A stretch of DNA of 13,160 bases from positions 1-13,160 of the forward strand of contig CATMOE010000080.1 in assembly GCA_950072105.1 (NCBI GenBank), written 5' to 3'. Both the position numbers and the translations under genes were made by a program. The notes below the pieces were generated by a model that was not told the origin of the DNA, searched no databases, and was given only the letters and a program-made list of their open reading frames with translations. How positions within the stretch are numbered: the first letter of the stretch is position 1; each line of letters opens with the position of its first letter. Of this stretch, positions 1-8,677 are shown in pieces. This stretch comes from an uncultured Dehalococcoidia bacterium (lineage in GTDB: Bacteria; Chloroflexota; Dehalococcoidia; Lucifugimonadales; UBA3495).

Positions 1-1106
1 GGGATGCCACGCTGAGAGCATAGCTCAATAAAGTGAGTTCCCTTCAAAGCGCTTTCCGAAAACAAGACCCCATTGTTGGCCACCACTCCCACGGGGTATC
101 CCCAGACCCTGGCAAAGCCACACACCAAAGTCTCACCGTAGTTGGCTTTGAATTCATGAAACCGGCTACCATCGACGATGCGGGCGATCACCTCCCGGAC
201 ATCGTATTGCCTCCGGTTGTCGGCGGATATGATTCCGTAGATCTCTTCCGGTGGGTAGGCGGGCGGCTCCGGAGTCGTGACTTCGAAAGGCAAGCTTCGC
301 TTCTTAACGAAGTTCTCCGCGATGTTGCGAGCGATGGCCAACGCGTCCTCGTCGTCCATCGCGTAATGGTCGGCGACGCCGGAGATCCGGGTGTGCACGT
401 CGGCCCCTCCAAGGGATTCGGCGTCCACTTCTTCACCCGTGGCGGCCAAAACAAGGGGCGGACCGGCCAGGAAAATAGTGCCTTGATCCCGGACGATGAC
501 AACTTCGTCGCTCATGGCGGGGATGTAAGCGCCACCGGCCGTGCAGGAGCCCATGACTACCGCCACTTGGGGAATGCCCACGGCTGACATCTTGGCTTGG
601 TTGTAGAAGATGCGTCCAAAGTGCTCCCGGTCTGGGAAAACCTCGGCCTGTAGGGGCAGAAAAGCGCCGCCCGAATCCACCAGGTAAAAACAGGGCAGGT
701 GGTTCTCCAGGGCGATCTCCTGGGCTCGCAGGTGCTTTTTTACCGTGATGGGGTAGTAGGTGCCCCCCTTCACCGTGGCATCGTTGGCCACCACCACCGC
801 TTCCCTTCCATGCACCACGCCGATGCCGGTGACGATTCCCGCCGAGTTCTCCTCGTCGTCGTACACGCCCCATGCGGCCAGCGGACTGAGCTCCAGGAAG
901 GGCGAGTCGCGGTCCAAAAGGGCCTCGATGCGGTCTCGCACCATCATCTTACCCCGGCTGCGATGCAGTTCAACCCGCTCCGGGCCTCCCCCTTCCCGCA
1001 CCGACGACAGCCGGCCCTTCAGTTCTTCGACCAGCGCTGATATTCGTTCACGGTTCTCCGCGAATTGGGGGCTTTGGGTTTGTATTTTAGATTCAATCAC
1101 ATCCAT
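1..1106 (-). CDS. liuB: 3-methylcrotonyl-CoA carboxylase beta subunit / acyl-CoA carboxyltransferase (5' portion; continues beyond the left edge)
   Basis: Manual minus-strand translation from ATG at 1106 is open to the window edge: [22 protein letters not shown]...[33 protein letters not shown]...[70 protein letters not shown]...[18 protein letters not shown]...[11 protein letters not shown]...[16 protein letters not shown]...[26 protein letters not shown]. These are hallmark MCC-beta (LiuB/AccD1/MCCC2) motifs. It is missing from the ORF track because its stop lies outside the window. Confidence 0.95.
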   Translation of the reverse strand, partial: MDVIESKIQTQSPQFAENRERISALVEELKGRLSSVREGGGPERVELHRSRGKMMVRDRIEALLDRDSPFLELSPLAAWGVYDDEENSAGIVTGIGVVHGREAVVVANDATVKGGTYYPITVKKHLRAQEIALENHLPCFYLVDSGGAFLPLQAEVFPDREHFGRIFYNQAKMSAVGIPQVAVVMGSCTAGGAYIPAMSDEVVIVRDQGTIFLAGPPLVLAATGEEVDAESLGGADVHTRISGVADHYAMDDEDALAIARNIAENFVKKRSLPFEVTTPEPPAYPPEEIYGIISADNRRQYDVREVIARIVDGSRFHEFKANYGETLVCGFARVWGYPVGVVANNGVLFSESALKGTHFIELCSQRGI

Positions 1107-1206
1107 ATCAGCCTGCCGGCGCCAGCGCGGGCGCGGTAGATTCATCCATCATCGCCATGTTACCAAACCTCGATGATCCCAGTCTTCGGAAGACAAATCG
1201 GAAACC

Positions 1207-1307
1207 CTAGGCTGTGCGTTATGTCTTTTCGATTTTCATACAGGGTAACGCGATGCAGCGGTTCGAGAACAATGTTTCCATCAACCCTTGGCATTTCTAT
1301 AGCCTAG
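1207..1307. repeat. Short segment bounded by inverted CTAGGCT...AGCCTAG ends (possible degenerate MITE)
   Basis: CTAGGCT at 1207-1213 and its reverse complement AGCCTAG at 1301-1307, in the divergent intergenic region. The perfect match is only 7 bp. Confidence 0.25.
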
Positions 1308-1405
1308 TTTAACGCTGGTCCGGCGACTCGGGTTCGAAAGCCGGAATTCCAAAGGCCTAGCGATTCGCTACAATGATTTCAAACCACGAGAAAAGGTGAA
1401 GGTGA

Positions 1406-3068
1406 ATGTCCAGCTACTATAATCTTGGGAGCCATCGCCTAACCATCACGACCAGTTCTCCCGAAGGACAGGTTTGGTTCGACCGCGGCTTGTTATGGTG
1501 CTACGGGTTCAACCACGGGGAAGCATCTCACTGCTTCCGCCGCGCGTTGGAATCCGACCCGGATTGCGCCATGGCATATTGGGGAATCGCGCATGCCCTC
1601 GGGCCGAACTACAACAAACCTTGGGACGCATTCGATGAAGCCGAGTTCAAGTCCGTGCTCGCGGAGGCATACGAGGCGTCCGCCAAATCCGTTGCTCTGC
1701 CTGACGTGGTCACCGAGATGGAACAGGCGCTGATCGGGACACTGCCATTCCGTTACCCCACCGCCACGCCGGGACCCGACCTCTCTGGTTGGGTCGAAGA
1801 TTACGTCACAGAGATGCGCCGGGTCTACCACCGATTTCCTGACCATCCCGACATTTGCACTCTCTTTGCCGAATCCCTCATGAATCGCACCCCATGGAAC
1901 CTATGGGACCTGAAGACCGGCGGTATTGCTGAAGGCGCGAGCACGGCTGAAGCCAAAGAAGTGCTCGAGTCGGCCCTGCAACGCATCGAAGACGCGGGAG
2001 GGCGCTGGCATCCCGGTCTGCTCCACATGTATATCCACCTGATGGAGATGTCGCCGAATCCCGAAATAGCGCTGAAGGTGGCTGACCGGCTGCGCGGCCT
2101 CGTGCCGGACTCGAGCCATCTGCAGCACATGGCGACGCACATCGATATACTCTGCGGCCACTATCAAGCGGTCGTCGACTCCAATGACGCGGCGATCATC
2201 GCCGACCGGAAGTTTCAGGTGCTGGAAGGATCGGTCAACTTTTATTCGCTTTACCGTTGTCATAACTACCATTTCAAGGTCTATGGAGCGATGTTCCTCG
2301 GCCAGTATCGTCCGGCGATCGAGGCCGCCGAGGAGATGATATCGTCGACACTCACCGCCGAGTTGTTGAGAGTAGAATCACCGCCGATGGCCGACTGGCT
2401 GGAAGGATTCGTCTCGATAAAAAAAGCACGTGTTGATCCATTTCGGCCGATGGGAGGAGATCATCGTTCAGGACCTGCCCGAAGATCAGGAATTGTATTG
2501 CGTCACGACGGCGATGATTCGTTACGCCAAGGCGGTGGCCCTAGCTTCCACCAGAGACGTTCCGGCGGCCGAAAGGGAATCGGCCCTCTTCGATGAGGCC
2601 CTGGCACGGGTGCCGGACAGCCGCTACATATTCAACAACACCTGCCTCGACATCCTGGCCGTAGCCCGCGAGATGATGTTGGGTGAGATCGAGTACCGGA
2701 AGGGAAACTCCGACGCATCATTTGCCCATCTTCGTAAATCCGTCGAATTAGACGACAACCTACCCTACGACGAGCCATGGGGGTGGATGCAGCCGACACG
2801 CCACGCGCTGGGAGCCCTACTGATGGAGCAAGGCCGGGTGGAAGAAGCCTGCCGGATCTACCGGGAAGACCTTGGCTGCGGTGACACCATCAGCCTCGCC
2901 TCTCAGCATCCCGATAATGTATGGAGTCTGCACGAGTATCACGAATGCTTGACGCGTCTCGGTCGAACGGCGGAGGCAGCGATAATAGAGCAACGGCTCA
3001 GGCTCGCCAACGCTCGAACTGACATCCCCGTGGCCGCGTCATGCTTCTGCCGACTAGAAGCGGATTGA
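1406..3068 (+). CDS. TPR-like, His-rich conserved protein (~553 aa if the frameshift at the A7 run 2419-2425 is corrected)
   Basis: ORFs 1406-2596 and 2430-3068 join at ATA AAA AAA GCA; removing one A gives ...WLEGFVSIKKHVLIHFGRWEEI. Family-like motifs: QVWFDRGLLWCYGFNHGEA, DPDCAMAYWGIA..LGPNYN, HPGLLHMYIHLME, SHLQHMATHI, HNYHF, LPYDEPWGWMQPTRHALGALL, HPDNVWSL and C-terminal ASCFCR. AAGGTG RBS upstream. Confidence 0.85.
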
Positions 3069-3089
3069 CCGATTCGAAGGTGGCAATTT

Positions 3090-3458
3090 TCATATCTCTT
3101 CTACCCCAAGTTCGATCGCGCCCCAGTTGTTCCGGTACATGAATGATAAATCGTTGGCAAAGCACTGGAGAACACCTGTGGCAGTGGATAGGTAAGGTTC
3201 GTTTTTTTCGAGCAGAATCCCGATGTCGAATCGAGTTTCCCGCTGGTCGTCAATCTGTCCGATTATCGAAAACCATTTCGCGTCAGGCAGCCTCCTCCAT
3301 TTCTCGAAGCACTTCAGATAGAAAGCCGAATAGCCGGACGCCGTCGTTGTGGGAATGAAGTCCGTCCATTTCCCGGTCGCAGAAAGGCGGTAAACCTTGC
3401 CTTTCTCAAGCGCGAAAGGTGTCCTGACCAGACGGCGATTTGCTTTGATCGTAGCCAT
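3090..3458 (-). CDS. Hypothetical 122-aa beta-rich protein (LecA/PA-IL-like beta-sandwich resemblance)
   Basis: Fills the gap without overlap and converges on the TPR gene. The pattern GKVYRLSATGKWTD...FSIIGQI...TGVLQCFAND..FMYRNNWGAIELGV resembles PA-IL-like domains; the fold is an inference. Confidence 0.7.
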   Translation of the reverse strand: MATIKANRRLVRTPFALEKGKVYRLSATGKWTDFIPTTTASGYSAFYLKCFEKWRRLPDAKWFSIIGQIDDQRETRFDIGILLEKNEPYLSTATGVLQCFANDLSFMYRNNWGAIELGVEEI

Positions 3459-3674
3459 TTCTAAGCCCCGCTTGATTTACGATCGTTGGCTGCCCTCGAG
3501 ATCCCTAACTGAATAGAAGACTTCGCATAACTGCTTGAGATACCAGTCATGGATGGCCTACCAACGTTTATCGTATCCCCAGGAATTATCAAGATTGCGA
3601 AGCTCACGCAGCAGCCGGCGAGGCCCTTAATGCTTCAGGATAGAACCAAGCGTTTCAGGGTCATGCTGTGACCA

Positions 3675-5566
3675 CTAGAAGTCCAGGTCGTCTTTGGTGA
3701 ACTTACCCTCCGGTTCCCCGCTTATAATGTGGCGCAGAATGTCGTTCATCGTATCTGTGTCGTTATCGAAGCCGCTGTGTGATTTGCTGTTGCTGCGTAC
3801 CGGAGAACCGATGCCACAGTGGATGAGTTCCAAATTGCCACCTGGCGTAATCTGATTTTCAAACTTGGCCATTCCCAGGATAGGTGTGCTCTCAGTTGGC
3901 TCTGCCCCTTCAAAAGCATTCGATACCAGATACAGCAACGACTTGCGGTAGAGCTGTGAAACGTTGTCGTCTCTCTCCAACTCATCGGTGAGATTATAGA
4001 TTTGTATGTTTTTTACCTTGGTAGCAGCGTCAGACGAGTCGTTCCTGGAACGCGGGGCGAAATGGGTATTGTAAAGGGCCACGGTGCACGCTGGAGCCAT
4101 GAGACTGCGAGTTTCAATAGTGAGCCGAAATTGTCAGAGGCACTCAACAGGTGAGCCATCAACACAGCTCCCGCACTGTGGGCAATCAGATGCACCTTAA
4201 GATTCTTGGCAGCCACGGCTTCACGGAAAATTCCAAGAACTGATATACCCGCGCCGTTCCCAATAAACGCCCGTTCCGCGCCTTGCTTCGTTTCGTCCCA
4301 CACAAGGGTCCCAATCCTGCTGACGCGTTCCTCAATTATCCTGTCAGTACGTTCCTAAATACTTTCCCAAATACCTCCAACGCGCGCTTCGGCACGGTCG
4401 GAACTACCAGATATAACGTCGGACAACTCTTCGAAGCGACCAGTATCGTACATGAAGTGGAATGGGTAAATTCCGTTGGACTTGAATACATTCTTCATGC
4501 CCTTAACGCGCGCTGCGGAGGACTTTGGCGGGTTCAATCCTCCATGAGCATAGAACACGATATGTCGATAGTCTCTGGTTGAGTCAATAATCTTCTGAGC
4601 TGTTTCCCGGACATAGGTCTCGTTGCTGTGGTACTCCTTCTTGTCGTAGAACTTGCCGTCATCGATATGCACGAAGTGACCCACTATCTCGCTTCGCTTT
4701 GTTGACTTCTTGAACCACCCTGGCCATTCATCCTTGTTTGCCGACGCCTGGCTCTCAACGCCCAGATTCAACCCGAATATCTTGGGCTCGGGCAGCGCAA
4801 GACGGAACACCCATCCATCCATGATATTCTCGGCCCAGTCTTCATAAGTCCAGATGCAGGTACCGTTGTTGCCCCATGTCTTGCCCCAGGAATTTTGCAC
4901 GCAGAATCCGTTGGACGTGTATCCAACTAAGGCAAAGGCGTGTCCCGCGCCAGGGATCTCTTCGCCTTTGGTCACGCAACCGTCAGAATCCAAGGAATTG
5001 AACCAGCCTTGATGAATCTTCGCCGATACAACTACTACCCCTGTTTCGTTGAGGGCGCAGTGGTAGTCAGATACGTTTGGACTAAGCCGATAGTAGGCGC
5101 CAACGGTGTTCAAACGCGCCTCCTTGGCCCGTCCAACCGTTAGGTCATCGGGATTTTCCGCATTTTGGTATGGCCAGGCACTTTCAGTGCACACCCCGTT
5201 GTGCGACCATCCGCGGATAGCTCCTCGCAAGCTGGAACCGCTATAACCTTCACCAGGCCACTCGTCGAAGCGCTTGGCCATTTCGTAGAGCATCTTGCTT
5301 CTGACTTTGTCCTTCCGACCCCATCGTCCGTTGAGAAGGTCAATAGCCGCGGCAAGAGCAAACCCTGTGCAAGCTCCCTCATTAAGTTGGTCGAGAACTC
5401 TGAGCTCGTCCTTTTCGGGCATCACCTCGTTGCGAATGCCAATCAAGGCCGGTCTGTAGATCTAGTCCCGGACGTCCGGCGCGTCGGGAGATACCTTGAG
5501 ACTATCGATGTCAACGGTTACTTCGCCGTTGGTACCCGTGTTTTCACCACGGTCGACTTCAGCCAT
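3675..5566 (-). pseudogene. C1 (papain-family) cysteine peptidase fused to a C-terminal alpha/beta-hydrolase domain, ~630 aa reconstructed; interrupted by two in-frame TAG and one frameshift
   Basis: ATG at 5566 with AGGAGGA RBS; MAEVDRG...PDAPDVRD*IYRPALI (TAG 5462-5464) is in frame with ORF 4355-5446. Papain residues: DQLNEGACTGF (Gln/Cys), GHAF (His), QNSWG (Asn). A second TAG at 4355-4357 is in frame with ORF 4013-4303 (WESI*ERTDRIIE...VWDE). Hydrolase motifs: YAHGGLN, HLIAHSAGA, SLMAPAC, SHSGFDND. A one-base deletion near 4120-4130 links to ORF 3675-4100. Confidence 0.85.
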
Positions 5567-5862
5567 GGATTTCCTCCTGAATATCGCGTTGAATATTCTG
5601 AAAATCAGGTTAATCATCGGATATCGTTTCTCTGAATCTATCTGGTCCGAACCGATTGTGGGGAAATTAAGGCCGAATCTGGCTGTCGACAGAAGGGCGC
5701 CGGCTGAATTGAAGATTGAATCAAGCGCCTTCGAATGTGGATCCTAAAAGTGAGACAGACCGGAGGCCGTTGAGTGGGCATCCGACGATATTCGCGTATT
5801 CTATCAGTTTTCCAATCGGTAAACAATTATATCCTAACGGAATCCACCATTATTAAAGTAAT

Positions 5863-5901
5863 ACTAGTTCACATTTTAGATCTATTGGCAAAACTAGTTT
5901 T
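5863..5901. promoter_or_regulatory. AT-rich divergent intergenic segment with palindrome AAAACTAGTTTT and a second ACTAGT core (candidate operator)
   Basis: Perfect 12-bp palindrome at 5890-5901; ACTAGT cores start at 5863 and 5893, 30 bp apart; lies between the divergent peptidase and binding-protein genes. Confidence 0.3.
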
Positions 5902-6088
5902 ATGGGAGAAAATGCCCGGGTCGGCCGAGGCGACATTGGGGTCAAGCCACAAAGGAATACGGCAAACTGAAACCGGTTGCCGTTGCGATTCGCTGGTACT
6001 AAAATACCGAGTGTATCCTTAGACCTCAGTGTAAAATATCGCGGCGGCTCACCCTAAAAGTCTCCAAGTAACCCAAAAGCGAGGCACT

Positions 6089-7006
6089 ATGACTACCAGT
6101 AGCGAAAAGACAACGATACGGATGTCCATGATGAACGCGGTTCACGATCTGTCGGTGCTGGTGGCCCGGGACGAGGGACTTTTCAAGGATGAGGGATTGG
6201 ACGTGGAGGTCATCGACACCGTCGGCACGGCGCGGGCCAACCCGGTCGGCGAGGCTCTCCACGGGAATGTATTTGACCGCAGCCTGGAGACCCTGTACAA
6301 CGCCGGCGGCTTGGACCAGTACCGCATGTGTGAGTGGGGAGTGATGAAGCGCACGGTCGAGTCGAACCAGTCGGGCAATCGCCCCGCTAGAATCGTGGCT
6401 TTGGGCGCCGCCATGACCAAGATGGCCATCGTCACCTTTCCCGATAGCGGTATCTACGATCCCGAGCAGCTTAAGGACAAACCCATCGCGGTGAGTCCAT
6501 ACAATGGGTCTCACTTCACTACCCTAAAGATGCTGGAAGGGTTTATCGAGAAAAGCCACATCAATGCTATCCACGCGGGCACCATGCTGGAACGTATCGA
6601 GGCGGTTCGAAAGGGTGAAGTAGCGGCGGCAAATCTTATGGAACCATGGATCAGCGTGGTCGAGAAACAAGGCTTCCGAGTAATCATGGAGAGCCACACC
6701 ACCCGGGCCGAAGCGGCCAGCGACGAGTTGGACGGACCCACCCTGGCTGCCATGTTCCGCGCGCAGGCAAGGGCCGCCGAAATGATTAATAACGACCCTT
6801 CCAGATACGTTCACTACTTCGTGACGGAATCCAAGGGTCTTCTGGAGCCTCAGGACCTGAACACTACCCGGCTCCTTTACGGCCCCCCAGCGCCGTATAC
6901 GGCTGAGCGCTTTGAGGACACCTATCGTTGGATGCAGGGTTATCCTGACCTGGTCGCCTCAGGCGGTACGTATGACACGGTCGTGGACAACCGAGCCTGG
7001 AATTAA
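6089..7006 (+). CDS. NMT1/THI5/SsuA-like periplasmic-binding-fold (type 2) protein, paralog 1, no signal peptide
   Basis: 305-aa ORF with GAGG RBS. VARDEGLFKDEGLDVEVI, IYDPEQLKDKPIAVS..NGSHF, RIEAVRKGEVAAANLMEPW and KQGFRVI match the NMT1/SsuA pattern. The N-terminus has no hydrophobic stretch or lipobox. Confidence 0.88.
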   Translation: MTTSSEKTTIRMSMMNAVHDLSVLVARDEGLFKDEGLDVEVIDTVGTARANPVGEALHGNVFDRSLETLYNAGGLDQYRMCEWGVMKRTVESNQSGNRPARIVALGAAMTKMAIVTFPDSGIYDPEQLKDKPIAVSPYNGSHFTTLKMLEGFIEKSHINAIHAGTMLERIEAVRKGEVAAANLMEPWISVVEKQGFRVIMESHTTRAEAASDELDGPTLAAMFRAQARAAEMINNDPSRYVHYFVTESKGLLEPQDLNTTRLLYGPPAPYTAERFEDTYRWMQGYPDLVASGGTYDTVVDNRAWN

Positions 7007-7018
7007 GCCTGATCGCCG

Positions 7019-7064
7019 GTCGTATCACCAACAACCGACCCAACGACCCACGACCCGATACGAC
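7019..7064. repeat. Intergenic stem-loop (GTCGTATC/GATACGAC) enclosing three CGACCC repeats
   Basis: 8-bp inverted repeat at 7019-7026 / 7057-7064; CGACCC starts at 7036, 7044 and 7051; TATAAT follows at 7072-7077. Confidence 0.5.
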
Positions 7065-7102
7065 GGGCCGATATAATATCCAACGTTCTCGGGGGGAGGC
7101 TT

Positions 7103-8014
7103 ATGGCTACTGAAACCGAACTGAAGAAAGTCCGGTTATCCGTCAGCAACGCGGTCCATTCTCTGACTGTCTTGGTCGCTCATGAAGAAGGCTTGTTTCG
7201 TGAGCAAGGGCTAGACGTGGAGATAGTGAAAACTCCGGGCTCGGCTAACGTAAACACGCCCATACGCCCGAAAAATATCTTCGATAGACCCCTGGAAATA
7301 CTCTATAACAGCGGAGGCATGGACCAGTTCCGGCTGTGTGAGTGGGGGGTCATGAAGCGCGCGGCGGACGGTGAGGGATCTGACCAACGTCCCGCCAAGA
7401 TCGTCGCCCTGGGCGCGGCCATGTCCAAGTTTGCCATCGTGACCAGCCCAGACAGCAAGATCGTGGAGCCGGAGCAACTGGCCAACACGGAGATCGCGGT
7501 AACGATCTTCAACGGTTCCCACTTCACCACCTTGAAGATGCTGGAAGGGTTTCTCCGAAAGGACGAGATCAAAGTCGTCAATTTCGGAACGATGCCGCAA
7601 CGGTTGGAGGCTGTCCGGAAGGGCGAATTGGCGGCCTGTACCTTCAACGAGCCCTGGATCAGCGTGGCCCAGAAGCAGGGTTTCCGCATCATCATGGAGA
7701 GTCACTCCACCCGTAGCGAGGCGGCCGGCGAAGAGATGGACGGACCGACGCTGGCAGCGAATTTCCAGGCCCAAGCCAAGGCCGCGGAGATGATTCACGC
7801 CAACCCCGGCAAATACGCCCATTACTTGATCGATGAAACCGGCGGGGCCCTTGAGCCCCACGAGCTGCAAACGTGGCGTTTCCTCTACGCTCCGCCGGCG
7901 CCCTACACTAGGGAGCGGTTCCAACGGACCTACGATTGGATGCAGAGCTATCCCGAATTGATCACCGGCGGTGTGACCTATGAGGGGATCGTTGATAACC
8001 GGGCTTGGGAATAA
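7103..8014 (+). CDS. NMT1/THI5/SsuA-like periplasmic-binding-fold protein, paralog 2, no signal peptide
   Basis: 303-aa ORF with GGAGG RBS; colinear with 6089-7006 over its full length (NAVH, CEWGVMKR, IVALGAAM, NGSHFTTLKMLEGF, EPWISV, DGPTLAA, PPAPYT, VDNRAW). Confidence 0.88.
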   Translation: MATETELKKVRLSVSNAVHSLTVLVAHEEGLFREQGLDVEIVKTPGSANVNTPIRPKNIFDRPLEILYNSGGMDQFRLCEWGVMKRAADGEGSDQRPAKIVALGAAMSKFAIVTSPDSKIVEPEQLANTEIAVTIFNGSHFTTLKMLEGFLRKDEIKVVNFGTMPQRLEAVRKGELAACTFNEPWISVAQKQGFRIIMESHSTRSEAAGEEMDGPTLAANFQAQAKAAEMIHANPGKYAHYLIDETGGALEPHELQTWRFLYAPPAPYTRERFQRTYDWMQSYPELITGGVTYEGIVDNRAWE

Positions 8015-8072
8015 CCCACGCCCACGATAAGACGGCCGGACTTGGCCACTGAAAGGTAAGGTTAGAAGAAAT

Positions 8073-8633
8073 ATGGCGAGACGAATACCGGTTGTCACGC
8101 GGGAAGAAGTTGCCCCGGAACATCAGGCCGCCTACGACGAGATCGCGGGTATCCGAGGCCGCCCCCCGGTGGTCGGACCCTCGTCGGTAATGGTCCACAG
8201 CCCGGAGATGGCCGTCCGAGTGAACAGATTGTCGGAATTCCTGGGCGAGAGCGACGAATTGCCCGAGACTTACAAGCGGTTGGCTGCCATCATCGCGGCC
8301 CGGTCTATGGACTGCCAGTTCATCTGGAACGCCCATGCGGCCGCTTCCCGACGTGCCGGCCTCAGTGATGCCTTGGTGGACGCCATCCGTGATAAGAAGC
8401 CCCTTCCGGCCATGTCCTCCGGGGAGTCAGCGGTGGTCAATTACGGGTTGGAGCTTACCGGAACCAACAAAGTGAGCGAGGAGACTTTCGCCGCCGCCCG
8501 GGACCAACTGGGTGTAAGAGGACTGGTCGAGTTCAACACCACGATGGGCTACTACCGCATGCTGGCTCTTAACGCCAATTCCTGCACCATCGATCTCCCA
8601 GACGAGCTAACTGAACCGATCCTACCCGTCTGA
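8073..8633 (+). CDS. Carboxymuconolactone decarboxylase / AhpD-like family protein
   Basis: 186 aa; RIPVVTREEV..EHQAAYDEI, GPSSVMVHSPE, LAAIIAARSMDCQFIWNAH...AGLSDALVDAI, VSEETFAAARDQLG..GLVE...MGYY match the CMD family. It has a single Cys in this motif and no AhpD CxxC. Confidence 0.85.
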   Translation: MARRIPVVTREEVAPEHQAAYDEIAGIRGRPPVVGPSSVMVHSPEMAVRVNRLSEFLGESDELPETYKRLAAIIAARSMDCQFIWNAHAAASRRAGLSDALVDAIRDKKPLPAMSSGESAVVNYGLELTGTNKVSEETFAAARDQLGVRGLVEFNTTMGYYRMLALNANSCTIDLPDELTEPILPV

Positions 8634-8677
8634 AGCCCTATTCCCCATTAAGCAAAAAAGGTGGTACGGTTCGAATT

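Noticed and set aside
33..1176. ORFs 33-587(+), 188-502(-), 433-873(-), 699-1040(+), 760-1176(+)
   Set aside because: Antisense or alternative-frame shadows of the minus-strand carboxyltransferase gene; no recognisable motifs.
1493..2272. Minus-strand ORFs inside the TPR gene
   Set aside because: Antisense shadows of a gene with strong family motifs.
2419..2426. AAAAAAG as a programmed -1 frameshift site
   Set aside because: Joining the two ORFs needs a +1 shift, so the canonical -1 mechanism does not fit.
3459..3674. Minus-strand MTLKRLVLS* resembling a DUF2235 N-terminus
   Set aside because: Stops after 9 codons, lacks the DGT motif, and no frame continues with recognisable sequence.
5887..5985. 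GGCAAA motifs suggesting a c-di-GMP-I riboswitch
   Set aside because: The second stem and tetraloop-receptor architecture are not present; only a simple hairpin is visible.
4283..6022. ORFs 4283-4582, 4940-5143, 5140-5382, 5165-5635, 5496-5747, 5638-5826, 5774-6022
   Set aside because: Overlap the peptidase gene in other frames, or are short intergenic ORFs without RBS or protein-like features.
7036..7056. CGACCC repeats as a CRISPR array
   Set aside because: Repeats are 6 bp with 1-2 bp gaps; no spacers and no cas genes.
6026..8336. Minus-strand ORFs including 7211-8098 (295 aa)
   Set aside because: Antisense shadows of the binding-fold and CMD genes; long antisense frames are common in GC-rich coding DNA.
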